Of a stretch of 64,000 nucleotides of DNA, positions 25,562-34,304 are shown one piece after another; position 1 is the stretch's first letter; the number at the start of each line of letters is the position of its first letter. A program made the translations under genes and the position numbers. The DNA lies in the IMG/VR virus record IMGVR_UViG_3300045988_140118; one strand, written 5' to 3'. The DNA comes from a virus. The notes below the pieces were generated by a model, which was not told where the DNA came from, ran no database searches, and saw only the letters and a program-made list of their open reading frames with translations.

Positions 25562-26278
25562 ATGGATCATACCGAAGAAACAACAGTAACTATCCCAGAA
25601 AGTATTACAATCGGCGGAATCTCTTATGTAGTTAGAGACACTCCGGAATTGCTTAAGTTCATGCAAGCCGTTGCTAAAGTTGAGAAAAACAAGATGTACA
25701 CGCAGTTCGAACTTTTGCGGAAACAAATCAACCAGTTATCAAAGACTCCTGTATCTACTACCCCTTTGGATGCAACATCATTGATAGCCGAGTTGAAAGA
25801 ATCTTTTGTAACCAAAGAAGATTTGGCGAACACAGTAAAAGAAGCGTTGCAGCCGGTTATTTCTTACAATCAGCAAACGCAGCAGGAAACTCTTGAAACA
25901 TTCCGGGAGAAACTACTTAAAGAAAATGACGGAAAATGTATTCCTGAACTGGTCACTGGAAACAGCAAAGAGGAACTTCTTCAATCCCTTGAAAAATCAA
26001 AAGAGCTTTATTCGAAGTATGGTGGAGGTCCGGTTGGTCGCCCGCAAGACGCTAGTCCTGTAGTAGATCCTACTTTGGCACGCCAAGCTGCTAATCTCGC
26101 TCCTGAAGATATTGCTCCCAGATATATTCCTCCTGTTCCTGCTCCGGCACCTAGAGTTTCTGCTCCCGAATTTACAGGACAATCTGGACTTGAAAATATC
26201 AAGAGCCTCTCTCCTGAAGAGTTCGCTGCCAAACGTGCCGAACTTGAAAATACACTTAAACAGTTGTATGGAAACTAA
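25562..26278 (+). CDS. putative scaffolding protein
   Basis: 238 aa, predicted helical/coiled (QFELLRKQINQLSK, ELLQSLEKSKELYSKY) with a Pro-rich tail. Lies between the portal and the major capsid gene. Confidence 0.5.
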   Translation: MDHTEETTVTIPESITIGGISYVVRDTPELLKFMQAVAKVEKNKMYTQFELLRKQINQLSKTPVSTTPLDATSLIAELKESFVTKEDLANTVKEALQPVISYNQQTQQETLETFREKLLKENDGKCIPELVTGNSKEELLQSLEKSKELYSKYGGGPVGRPQDASPVVDPTLARQAANLAPEDIAPRYIPPVPAPAPRVSAPEFTGQSGLENIKSLSPEEFAAKRAELENTLKQLYGN

Positions 26279-26320
26279 TTTCGTCCTACCCATTAAATAA
26301 CTAAAAACAAGAAAAAGAAG

Positions 26321-27322
26321 ATGATTACATTGTTGACATTCTTACTGGCTACGTTAGGTAGCATAGTAGTAGGATTTGCTTTCGGTGAGACTACTGCTGC
26401 TGGTGCTAATACTGGTGGCTATACAGCTATACCACAAGCAGTCCGTGACTTTTATTCACGTGAGGTTATGTTTAAAGCACAGCCTCGTTTGCGTTTTTTG
26501 CAGTTTGCTAAAATAAAACGAGACTTACAGGCCGTTCGTGGAAAATCTATTGTATTTGTTAAATACGGAAACCTTGAAGGTGGTGGTTCTTTGGAGGAAA
26601 GTGATGTGCTGACTCCGGAAGGTATGACTACTTCTGAAATTAGTATCCCGGTTAAAGAACAGGGAAATGCTGTTCAGGTTACTGAATACCTTTTGAGAAC
26701 TTCTATTTTGGATGTGTTGGGTGATGCTTCAAAACTATTGGCTAATAACGTTGCTAAGGTATTGGATACTCAGTTCCGTGATACTGTTTTGAAAACACCT
26801 AATACTGTATATGGAGGTACTGCTACACAATTATCGGAACTTTCTACAAGCAATGGTGCGTTTACTACAAAAACAGTAAAAGATGCCGTTGAAATTTTGG
26901 CTACTCACAATGCACCGAGAATTGCAGGTGACTACTACGTTTGTGTCGCTCACCCCCATCAATTGAGACAGTTGCGTGACGATAAGGAATGGATTAATGC
27001 CAATACTTATATGGGACGTAGACAGTTGTATATCGGTGAAGTAGGTATGTACGAAGGAACTATCTTTATTGAAACTACTCAGATGCCTATGCTTAACGCT
27101 GCGGGAATTAAAGCTAAGTATGGTTCCGGGGCTACTGTAGATACTGCTTATGAAGCCGTGTTCTTCGGAGACAACGCTTATGGTTGGGGAGTTGCTTTGG
27201 ACGTAGAACTTCGTGATGACGGTGTGGTAGAACTTGGACGTAAACATACTCTTGGCTGGTATGGTATTTGGGGAACCGGCATTATCGAGGAGAATAACAT
27301 TGTAAAAGCTCTCACTGTATAA
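26321..27322 (+). CDS. major capsid protein
   Basis: 333 aa at the canonical position. YSREVMFKAQPRLRFLQFAKIKRDLQAVRGKSIVFVKYGNLEGG resembles N4 gp56-type major capsid proteins. Unusual hydrophobic N-terminus. Confidence 0.7.
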   Translation: MITLLTFLLATLGSIVVGFAFGETTAAGANTGGYTAIPQAVRDFYSREVMFKAQPRLRFLQFAKIKRDLQAVRGKSIVFVKYGNLEGGGSLEESDVLTPEGMTTSEISIPVKEQGNAVQVTEYLLRTSILDVLGDASKLLANNVAKVLDTQFRDTVLKTPNTVYGGTATQLSELSTSNGAFTTKTVKDAVEILATHNAPRIAGDYYVCVAHPHQLRQLRDDKEWINANTYMGRRQLYIGEVGMYEGTIFIETTQMPMLNAAGIKAKYGSGATVDTAYEAVFFGDNAYGWGVALDVELRDDGVVELGRKHTLGWYGIWGTGIIEENNIVKALTV

Positions 27323-27358
27323 GGTGAGAGTATTTCTTTAACGCTTAAAATTTGCATT

Positions 27359-27619
27359 ATGGCTAGACAAAAAATTGAAGACCCAGATTTGTTACAACCG
27401 GATCTGAACGAGGAAAAAAATGAAGAAGGAGTCGAAAAGCAACCGGTAAAAGATGCTACTGTACAAGAAAAACAGAGAAAGGTTTCTTGTAGAGTTGTTG
27501 ATGACGTTAATGTATTTATCGGTAGCAGACATATTGTATGCAAGAAAGATTCTAATGTGAGTCTTGATTCAGACGTAGCTGCTATCTTGTCACACGCTGG
27601 AAAACTATATAGACTTTAA
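27359..27619 (+). CDS. hypothetical head-associated protein
   Basis: 86 aa ORF immediately after the capsid gene. Confidence 0.5.
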   Translation: MARQKIEDPDLLQPDLNEEKNEEGVEKQPVKDATVQEKQRKVSCRVVDDVNVFIGSRHIVCKKDSNVSLDSDVAAILSHAGKLYRL

Positions 27620-27623
27620 ATAA

Positions 27624-28598
27624 ATGGCACAGTCCAAGGTAACTTTGAAAGAGATAATGGTAGCGGTCCGGGAGTTAACTTTCGACCGCTTCATTATTCC
27701 GGCATTTGCAATAAAACAGATGGGGAAGGATGTTTATATTGATATTGATCCTTCTTTTAAACCTGTTAGTGAGGAACCCGTAGAACCTGGAAGATTAAGA
27801 ATCTTCAAAAAAGAAACCTCCATTGACCCCGATACGGAAACTGAAGAAATAATTGAAAAACCTATCGTAGAATTATTGTTTGCTGACTATCCAGAAGTAG
27901 ACGATATATTGAATCAGCTAATAGATCAAGGAATCGTAATTGCGTATACTCCGTATTATCGTAGCGAAGAACCCTCCACCAGCCTTATAAAAACTACTTT
28001 CGAACTTACTGAAGATCGTACTATTTTCAGACGCTATTTTTTTGCGGACGAAGAAATTATAGATGTTATTCAATGGTACTATTATACCGTACTTAGAATA
28101 CCCAATGCAGAAATTAATGATGAACTGGTTGGCCTTTTAAAACGTCCCTCTGAGAGACATCTCTCCGTTTGGGTAGCTTACCAGTTAGTTGATAAACGGC
28201 GTATGTATGAAGCTGCTGCCAATAGCATAGGACAGTCTTTTACTGATGGCTCTGACTATACCGGCTCTTCCGGCAGTTCCTCTCCTACATCTACAACGGT
28301 ACAAATTGGCTCCGTTTTTTCTATCACGGAGGATGCACAACAAGGTTATTTTTACGAGGATTTCAATCGTGTGGGTTCTGACAATACATGGGGTGACAGA
28401 TATTCTTTTTGGTATAAGCTTATGCTTTACCTAAGAAACATTCTTGAAGAACATTTTGGAGATTACCGCTTGCGTAAAGACAATGTGATTCCCGGATATA
28501 TTTCTTTGCAAAGGGAACTTGACTTTAGAGAATATTTCGACAGCTATCCGTTTACTCTATCCCCACTGTCCCGTGGAATCTTATCTAAAACACCCTAA
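27624..28598 (+). CDS. hypothetical structural protein
   Basis: 324 aa in the head/neck module. No motif recognised. Confidence 0.6.
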   Translation: MAQSKVTLKEIMVAVRELTFDRFIIPAFAIKQMGKDVYIDIDPSFKPVSEEPVEPGRLRIFKKETSIDPDTETEEIIEKPIVELLFADYPEVDDILNQLIDQGIVIAYTPYYRSEEPSTSLIKTTFELTEDRTIFRRYFFADEEIIDVIQWYYYTVLRIPNAEINDELVGLLKRPSERHLSVWVAYQLVDKRRMYEAAANSIGQSFTDGSDYTGSSGSSSPTSTTVQIGSVFSITEDAQQGYFYEDFNRVGSDNTWGDRYSFWYKLMLYLRNILEEHFGDYRLRKDNVIPGYISLQRELDFREYFDSYPFTLSPLSRGILSKTP

Positions 28599-28601
28599 AA
28601 T

Positions 28602-29054
28602 ATGGAAATACAAGTAAAGTCCTATCAGAGAAGGACAAAATCTGGAAAGCTTATCACTGTAAAACCCTACTCCCGTAAAGGTGATAAAAAAGCTAAAGTA
28701 ACCGGACAAAAAGTTCGCGGAAATGAACTAGTGTCTATGAAGCTAGAGAATTACGTTAATAATCTTGGTCCGGACGATTTTAAGGAACTGGTTGATACTC
28801 TGGAAGAGTACGCTGATACTACTTTGTGGAGTAAAACAGGAACCGTCAAAAGACAGAATGTTATAAATCTTATCAGAGAAGAGGCAGCTCACTCAGGAGA
28901 AGGTCCTAATAGGAATCCTATGGATTTTGTTGTTAAATCTCTTATGAAAGGTAAAGCGAAAACCCCCTTAACCTCTAAACAAGCTGATAAGAGATATGCG
29001 TTTTATGACGATAAGACCCTTAAAAAAGTACGTAATAGAGTAAGAAGCACTTAA
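28602..29054 (+). CDS. basic protein with shared N-terminal motif (member B)
   Basis: N-terminus MEIQVKSYQRRTKSGKLITVKPYSRKG is paralogous to 20485, 29496 and 30651. Confidence 0.65.
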   Translation: MEIQVKSYQRRTKSGKLITVKPYSRKGDKKAKVTGQKVRGNELVSMKLENYVNNLGPDDFKELVDTLEEYADTTLWSKTGTVKRQNVINLIREEAAHSGEGPNRNPMDFVVKSLMKGKAKTPLTSKQADKRYAFYDDKTLKKVRNRVRST

Positions 29055-29055
29055 T

Positions 29056-29493
29056 ATGTTAGTAGATAAAGCAAGATTTTTGTCCTACCAGAACTTGTTT
29101 TATAGGAAGCTGCAACAGACTCCTTATAAAATTCAGCTTGAAGTGGTTACTGTGCAGAGAGTGGAACCTACTGAAGACTTTTCTTTTGATGCTTTCGTAG
29201 GAGACAGTCCGAGAGAATCTACGTTTTATAGTTTTCAAGCTCTTTACGAAAAGGAGATTCCAAACCGCACCCGTGAGAAATACGGCCTTCCTAAAGAAGT
29301 AAACGGGGTTGTTTATCTCTCCCCTTTACAATTAGTACCCAAATTAGGTGACTACCATCTGAACTGGAATAAGACGAAAGTACATTTTGAAGGAAGAGTA
29401 CAAGTAGTTGATAAAATAGTCTACCTTGAAGAATTATACGGAAGCTGTGTAGGCTTACAGATATTTATCAAGGATGATTTAAAAGGAGGTTAA
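29056..29493 (+). CDS. hypothetical head-tail joining protein
   Basis: 145 aa. Position only. Confidence 0.5.
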   Translation: MLVDKARFLSYQNLFYRKLQQTPYKIQLEVVTVQRVEPTEDFSFDAFVGDSPRESTFYSFQALYEKEIPNRTREKYGLPKEVNGVVYLSPLQLVPKLGDYHLNWNKTKVHFEGRVQVVDKIVYLEELYGSCVGLQIFIKDDLKGG

Positions 29494-29495
29494 CT

Positions 29496-29804
29496 ATGAC
29501 AAAAGTAAAGACACATAAGCGTAAAGGAAAGAATAAGGTTTCCGTTGTTAAGCAGCACAATCGTAAAGATAAGGTGTCTGCTTTTCGTGGTGCTAAAGAG
29601 TTCTCTGAAAAACAACGAGATAAACTTTCTTCCAAAGGAGAAGCATTACCTGATGGTTCTTACCCAATCGCCAGTAAACGGGATTTGGCAAACGCTATTT
29701 CTTCTTACGGACGTGCTAAGAATCCTGAGATTGTTAAACGATGGATCAAGAAACGTGCTAAAGCTCTTGGTGCTTGTGACATGATCCCTGCAAACTGGAA
29801 GTAA
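29496..29804 (+). CDS. basic protein with shared N-terminal motif (member D)
   Basis: N-terminus MTKVKTHKRKGKNKVSVVKQHNRKDK. C-terminal LPDGSYPIASKRDLANAISSYGRAKN...KKRAKALG. Confidence 0.6.
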   Translation: MTKVKTHKRKGKNKVSVVKQHNRKDKVSAFRGAKEFSEKQRDKLSSKGEALPDGSYPIASKRDLANAISSYGRAKNPEIVKRWIKKRAKALGACDMIPANWK

Positions 29805-29806
29805 GT

Positions 29807-30049
29807 ATGGCTACTAACCAAAAAGATATTGATCATATTAATGCGCATAAGAATTTGGACGTTCAAACTAGTGTGATTCCTCGTTATCCTGAGATAGAGA
29901 AAATTGTTCGGTACGAACGTACTCCGGAACACTATCGTGAAGAGAACGAGGTTGCCGCTTATGCCGCTATGGGAAGACCTAATGCCAATACCAATACTAA
30001 GAGTTGGTATCGGGATATTTATGAATTTTATCAGAACAATGAATACTAA
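29807..30049 (+). CDS. hypothetical protein
   Basis: 80 aa ATG ORF, 2 nt after the upstream stop. Confidence 0.5.
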   Translation: MATNQKDIDHINAHKNLDVQTSVIPRYPEIEKIVRYERTPEHYREENEVAAYAAMGRPNANTNTKSWYRDIYEFYQNNEY

Positions 30050-30080
30050 GATCTATTTTATTAACTAAAAACAAATTGTT

Positions 30081-30194
30081 ATGCCTACAAAATCTAAAAA
30101 GACAAAAGAGGAAAATCCACCTGTAAACCCCAAAGGTACTAAAAAAGATCCTCCTATTGGAACTGGAGTAAATGGACCCGTAATAAAGAGATGA
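30081..30194 (+). CDS. small basic protein (37 aa)
   Basis: Below the ORF-track cutoff, translated by hand: MPTKSKKTKEENPPVNPKGTKKDPPIGTGVNGPVIKR. Shares IGTGVNGPV with the 20485 protein. It fills the intergenic gap exactly. Confidence 0.45.
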   Translation: MPTKSKKTKEENPPVNPKGTKKDPPIGTGVNGPVIKR

Positions 30195-30195
30195 T

Positions 30196-30654
30196 ATGCG
30201 TAAATTCCCTAGATTACCAAAAGCCTTACTTAAAACACCTCCTGGCTTTAAAAAACCAAAGGTGTCTGACTTTAAGACTGACATGCAACATTTAGGGGAA
30301 GAAATTGCCGAAGATTTTAAAGAGACAGTAATTGCCAACATAGAGGAGAATAATTACAATTTCGAAAATGCTCCTAGTACAGTAAAACAAAAAGGCAGTG
30401 ATACCCCTCTGATAAATACTCAGGAATTAGTAGATTCTATCTATAGGGAAGGGACTGTTGTTTCAGTAGAGAATACTCCACGAGACGATAGTCCCTTAAC
30501 TAATTTAGAGTTGGCTATGGTTCTTGAATATGGTACAAAGGATAGGCATATTCCTGCACGTCCGGTCTGGAGAAATACATATCGTGACTTTAAAGAGGAA
30601 GCACGGGAAAAAGTTGAAGAGTTTTTTAAACTTCAAAAGTCTAAGAAGAAATGA
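30196..30654 (+). CDS. HK97 gp10-like head-tail adaptor
   Basis: ELAMVLEYGTKDRHIPARPVWR matches the gp10-family signature (E.GT.....PARPf). Confidence 0.55.
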   Translation: MRKFPRLPKALLKTPPGFKKPKVSDFKTDMQHLGEEIAEDFKETVIANIEENNYNFENAPSTVKQKGSDTPLINTQELVDSIYREGTVVSVENTPRDDSPLTNLELAMVLEYGTKDRHIPARPVWRNTYRDFKEEAREKVEEFFKLQKSKKK

Positions 30655-31118
30655 CAGAGATTACCATTAAAGGATATTCAAGAAGATCTCGTAAAGGGAA
30701 CTTGGTCAAAGTAAACAGCTACAAACGGAGGGTAGGAAAGAAAGGAGTCATCTCTCCCAAAAAGACTTCTCCTGTCAAAGAAGCTGCTACTTCTACACCT
30801 ACACCCGGTGCTGAGATAAAAACAAAACTTAGTCCTGAAGAACTTGCACGTAGACGTGCTTGGGATAAAGAGGCTAGAAGAGCCAGTATGTCTGCTTATG
30901 GCGGACGTGCCGAAACAAAAGAAGAGTGGCAGAGACGAGTCCAACGTGAAGAGGATGATCGAAAATCTAACGAGATTCCCGGATATAAACCTAAACGGTC
31001 AACTCCCCCTGCTAGAGAGATTAAGAAAAAGAAAGCCGACATCTTTGCCCGCATTGAAGACAAGATCGCTCGTTTTTCTGAAAAATACGGTAAGAAGAAA
31101 TATAAACGCTATTTATAA
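30651..31118 (+). CDS. basic protein with shared N-terminal motif (member C)
   Basis: N-terminus MTEITIKGYSRRSRKGNLVKVNSYKRRVGKKG. The remainder is K/R/E-rich. Confidence 0.6.
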   Translation: MTEITIKGYSRRSRKGNLVKVNSYKRRVGKKGVISPKKTSPVKEAATSTPTPGAEIKTKLSPEELARRRAWDKEARRASMSAYGGRAETKEEWQRRVQREEDDRKSNEIPGYKPKRSTPPAREIKKKKADIFARIEDKIARFSEKYGKKKYKRYL

Positions 31119-31432
31119 TGGATACTTTATTTATTAAACTATTTGAGATTTTCTCTCTCCCTTACATGTTTTCCGTAATTTGTGGAAGCTACTTTATCAT
31201 TAAGATGGTTGACTTTCTAAACGGCGAGGCTAAAGTACCTTGTTGGTTGAAAAGAACGATCACCTTTTTTGTTGGTGCTCTCCTTTTCGGTGTTTTCGTT
31301 GCGTATACCGATACTTCGTGCGAGTGCCTTATATCTTCTTACTTTTGCGCTGTATTTACTTACGATGCGGCTATAAAAGTGCTGATTAAAAAATTTGGTA
31401 TAGACTATAAAAAAGATGCTTCGGACGATTAA
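31118..31432 (+). CDS. small 3-TM membrane protein (holin-like)
   Basis: 104 aa with three hydrophobic segments and a charged C-terminus (KKFGIDYKKDASDD). Holin assignment is inferred from topology only. Confidence 0.4.
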   Translation: MDTLFIKLFEIFSLPYMFSVICGSYFIIKMVDFLNGEAKVPCWLKRTITFFVGALLFGVFVAYTDTSCECLISSYFCAVFTYDAAIKVLIKKFGIDYKKDASDD

Positions 31433-32006
31433 ACAAACCAATGAAGAATTTTTCCGTCTGTTTCACGGGTTGAAGATACCTATGGACGGTACGGAATTTC
31501 CTGTACTTTCCCGTTATGCCCGTAAATCTAGTAAGGACTATGTGGAGGAACAGGAAAATCAGATATACCCATGTATCGCCATACAAGACTATATACCCGT
31601 TCCTAAGAAAGAATGGTTTATAGACATGAAATCTTATTTCGGAGGTAAGGACTTTCAAAATCTAACCGGATACTTGTATCTAAGACCTATCTGGATGGAG
31701 TTTCGTTATGACGTAAGTATAGCTACCAAAAGCTATAAAGAGTATCTTGCCATGCAGGACTATTTCAACAGAAAATTTGTGTACGGAAAAGCATTTATTT
31801 TTTGTAAGCAATTAGTAGTTGAGGATACTGTAGGCGTGGTAGTTCCTTACACGACCAGACCACAAGATATACCTCGTACAGATGGAGTTTACGAAACCAA
31901 TTACGAGTTTACGCTAAATGTTTGGTTATACGTTAAAGACCCCCAAGAAGTACAACTTATTCAAAAAATTGTAGTAGATGCCCGTCCTCACCTATTGGAT
32001 ATTTAA
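31416..32006 (+). CDS. hypothetical neck / tail-completion protein
   Basis: 196 aa. Position only. Confidence 0.5.
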   Translation: MLRTIKQTNEEFFRLFHGLKIPMDGTEFPVLSRYARKSSKDYVEEQENQIYPCIAIQDYIPVPKKEWFIDMKSYFGGKDFQNLTGYLYLRPIWMEFRYDVSIATKSYKEYLAMQDYFNRKFVYGKAFIFCKQLVVEDTVGVVVPYTTRPQDIPRTDGVYETNYEFTLNVWLYVKDPQEVQLIQKIVVDARPHLLDI

Positions 32007-32045
32007 AATAAAAGATTTATATTTGAACAACTAAAATAGACAACT

Positions 32046-32249
32046 ATGACTGACGAAAAGAAAGTAGAATCTCCGGTTTCTAAACCAAAACGGGTAGTTT
32101 CTACGACAAAGAGAATCCGAAATATGGGAAAAAACAAAATAGAGCTTGTCATAGACGGGAAAGTTATTCCTCTCCTTCCTAGACAAACTTGTGAGGTTCC
32201 CGAAGAGTATGATGTTCCGAAAGGAGTTAATTTACTCGTACTGATATGA
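32046..32249 (+). CDS. hypothetical protein
   Basis: 67 aa ATG ORF. Confidence 0.45.
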   Translation: MTDEKKVESPVSKPKRVVSTTKRIRNMGKNKIELVIDGKVIPLLPRQTCEVPEEYDVPKGVNLLVLI

Positions 32250-32614
32250 TAGTAGGCTTTACTGTAACAGATTATAAAGGACATGAAAAGATTGCGGTTG
32301 AATTTATCAGAAAATACTGCATCTTAAGTAGTCCGGACATTGCGCAGAATATTGTTAATGCAGGACCCGGAGTAAACATTTACTCTGACTCGTTAACGGC
32401 AGCGTTGGTACAAGGACAACCCTTTTTAAGTACTCTTATTGAGACACGATCCGGAAGATCTATGGTAGTTTCAACAGTGAATTTTACAGTAGAGCTTACC
32501 TATAACGGGAGGATAAAGAGGTTACTCCCTACTGAGTATTTTTACATTGCCCCGACAGAAAAGGGACAATTTGATTATTACAAAGAACTAGGACTTATTA
32601 AAATTATAGATTAA
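32246..32614 (+). CDS. hypothetical protein
   Basis: 122 aa with a 4-nt overlap to the upstream gene. Confidence 0.5.
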   Translation: MIVGFTVTDYKGHEKIAVEFIRKYCILSSPDIAQNIVNAGPGVNIYSDSLTAALVQGQPFLSTLIETRSGRSMVVSTVNFTVELTYNGRIKRLLPTEYFYIAPTEKGQFDYYKELGLIKIID

Positions 32615-32985
32615 TGGGCGATGATATTGCTGAAAACTTAGAGCTTATGTGTGACAGGGATAATCCACAGGATAAAAAAATCCTCCTGCTCGCAAGGTTA
32701 ATGCAAGGACGATTTGAGACTCTTTCTAACAATCAGGAAGAGCTTAAAAAATCTCTGGAGCATACCAATAAAAAACTAGATCGTATTCTAGATACTATTG
32801 AACAGTACGAGAGTGCTGCCGAGAATTGCCCTGTGTCTAAAAACAAAGATGATATCGAAACACTGATCTTATTTTTTAGGTACCCTAAACTAAGTTTCAT
32901 CTTAATCATTGGCATTGCTGCTCTCCTTGGAGGCTTAGTAAGTAATGGTTTCACAGATATGATAAAAGCATTATTAGGAGTATGA
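32614..32985 (+). CDS. tail-anchored membrane protein upstream of the endolysin (possible lysis component)
   Basis: 123 aa with a coiled N-terminal part and a C-terminal TM (LSFILIIGIAALLGGLVSNGF). 4-nt overlap with the amidase gene. Confidence 0.45.
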   Translation: MGDDIAENLELMCDRDNPQDKKILLLARLMQGRFETLSNNQEELKKSLEHTNKKLDRILDTIEQYESAAENCPVSKNKDDIETLILFFRYPKLSFILIIGIAALLGGLVSNGFTDMIKALLGV

Positions 32986-33593
32986 AAAAATTAGTGATTG
33001 TTCTAGATCCTGCACATGGTGAGAATGTTGCGGGAAAATGTTCTCCCGATAAAACCCATTATGAATACTTATGGAGTCGGGAAAGATGTAAGGCTTTAAA
33101 AAGTCTTTTGGAGGATAGAGGTTATCGAGTAGTGTTCACTACAGACTCTATCAATGAACCGGGATTATCGAAAAGAAAGAATTTTGCTTCTGCATTAAAG
33201 GTTGAAAAAGGTCAATTAAAACTTCTTATTTCTCCACATAATAATGCAGCAGGACGTGGTGATAACTGGATGACTGCTACCGGTATCGAAGTATGGACTT
33301 CTCCGGGGGTTACTAAATCCGATGAATGTGCTGATATTATCATAGACCAGCTTGCAAAAGACTTTCCTGATATAAAAATGCGCTTAAATTCTTCTCAATG
33401 TCTACAAAAAGATAAAGAGGCGAATTTTACCGTTTTAATGGGTGCCGATTATATGGCCGTATTAATAGAATGGTTATTTCAGGACAATAAAAAGGATGTG
33501 GAACTTCTCAAAGACGTTACTGTCAATAAACGTTTTGAAAAGTCATTAGTAGAAGCTATCGAAAGAATCAATAATCATTTCTCTAAGGTATGA
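32982..33593 (+). CDS. N-acetylmuramoyl-L-alanine amidase (Amidase_3-type endolysin)
   Basis: LDPAHGENVAGK, ISPHNNAAG and VLIEWLFQDNKKD correspond to the Zn-ligand and closing motifs of Amidase_3 enzymes. Confidence 0.75.
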   Translation: MKKLVIVLDPAHGENVAGKCSPDKTHYEYLWSRERCKALKSLLEDRGYRVVFTTDSINEPGLSKRKNFASALKVEKGQLKLLISPHNNAAGRGDNWMTATGIEVWTSPGVTKSDECADIIIDQLAKDFPDIKMRLNSSQCLQKDKEANFTVLMGADYMAVLIEWLFQDNKKDVELLKDVTVNKRFEKSLVEAIERINNHFSKV

Positions 33594-33943
33594 AGAAACA
33601 GACTAAAGTGAATTTATTTTTCGTGAGCATTGCTATAATTGGAGTTATTATTGCTATATTTGCGCTGTATGCTAGATCGGTAACTCCGGTTTTGCCTACT
33701 AAGAACGATGTGTATCGGGCAAATATAAAAGTTCTTTCCGATACTGTGGAAGAACTTAGAAGAGATATAGCTCGCTACGAAGAACAGATAAACCAACTTA
33801 ACCTTGAAAAAGAAAACCTAAAAAGAGAAATTGACAAAATTATAAAAGCCAATGAAGAGACTGATAACAAGCTTGTTAATGGTACTTTGGATGACAACGT
33901 GGAGTTTCTCTCAAAGTACCTATCCGAAAATTCTGATGAATGA
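33590..33943 (+). CDS. i-spanin-like protein (N-terminal TM plus coiled coil)
   Basis: MKKQTKVNLFFVSIAIIGVIIAIFALYA followed by heptad-rich EELRRDIARYEEQINQLNLEKENLKREIDKII. 4-nt overlap with the amidase gene. Confidence 0.5.
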   Translation: MKKQTKVNLFFVSIAIIGVIIAIFALYARSVTPVLPTKNDVYRANIKVLSDTVEELRRDIARYEEQINQLNLEKENLKREIDKIIKANEETDNKLVNGTLDDNVEFLSKYLSENSDE

Positions 33944-34274
33944 CGGGGATACAGTTGTAGCTATAACTCCTCCGCAGCTTCTTACTGTAAACAGACATCT
34001 TAACAGCTATATCCATTTGAAGAAAATGACAGAACTTCTTCAGATGGATATTCTCGTTTCTGATTCTTTAATAAGATCTCAGAAAACAGTCATGCAAAAA
34101 CAAGACTCTATTATCCTGTTTCAGAAGATTCAAGTAAACGAGTCCATACGTTTTGTAGATGACCTGGAATCTCAATTAAAAAAACAGAAGAAAACTTCCC
34201 GAAAAAACGCTATATTTACCGGACTTGGGTGTACCGTGATCGGAGTAATTGCAGGGATTCTTATTTTAAAATAA
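33852..34274 (+). CDS. membrane protein overlapping the spanin-like gene out of frame
   Basis: Signal-like N-terminus MKRLITSLLMVLWMTTWSFSQS and a C-terminal TM (AIFTGLGCTVIGVIAGILIL). 92-nt out-of-frame overlap with 33590-33943. Alternative start at ATG 33936. Confidence 0.4.
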   Translation: MKRLITSLLMVLWMTTWSFSQSTYPKILMNDGDTVVAITPPQLLTVNRHLNSYIHLKKMTELLQMDILVSDSLIRSQKTVMQKQDSIILFQKIQVNESIRFVDDLESQLKKQKKTSRKNAIFTGLGCTVIGVIAGILILK

Positions 34275-34304
34275 AAGGGGTATCATTAACTAATTTATAA
34301 AAAG

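Noticed and set aside
25259-25726. 155-aa minus-strand ORF between the portal and scaffold genes
   Set aside because: It overlaps a plus-strand -33/-7 promoter, the 65-aa plus ORF and the start of the scaffold gene. Its composition is poor, and it would be a lone reverse gene inside the head operon.
26831-27543. Two minus-strand ORFs (138 and 121 aa) across the capsid gene and the following gene
   Set aside because: They lie antisense to the best-supported structural gene in the head module. Their composition is low-complexity and S/T/F-rich.
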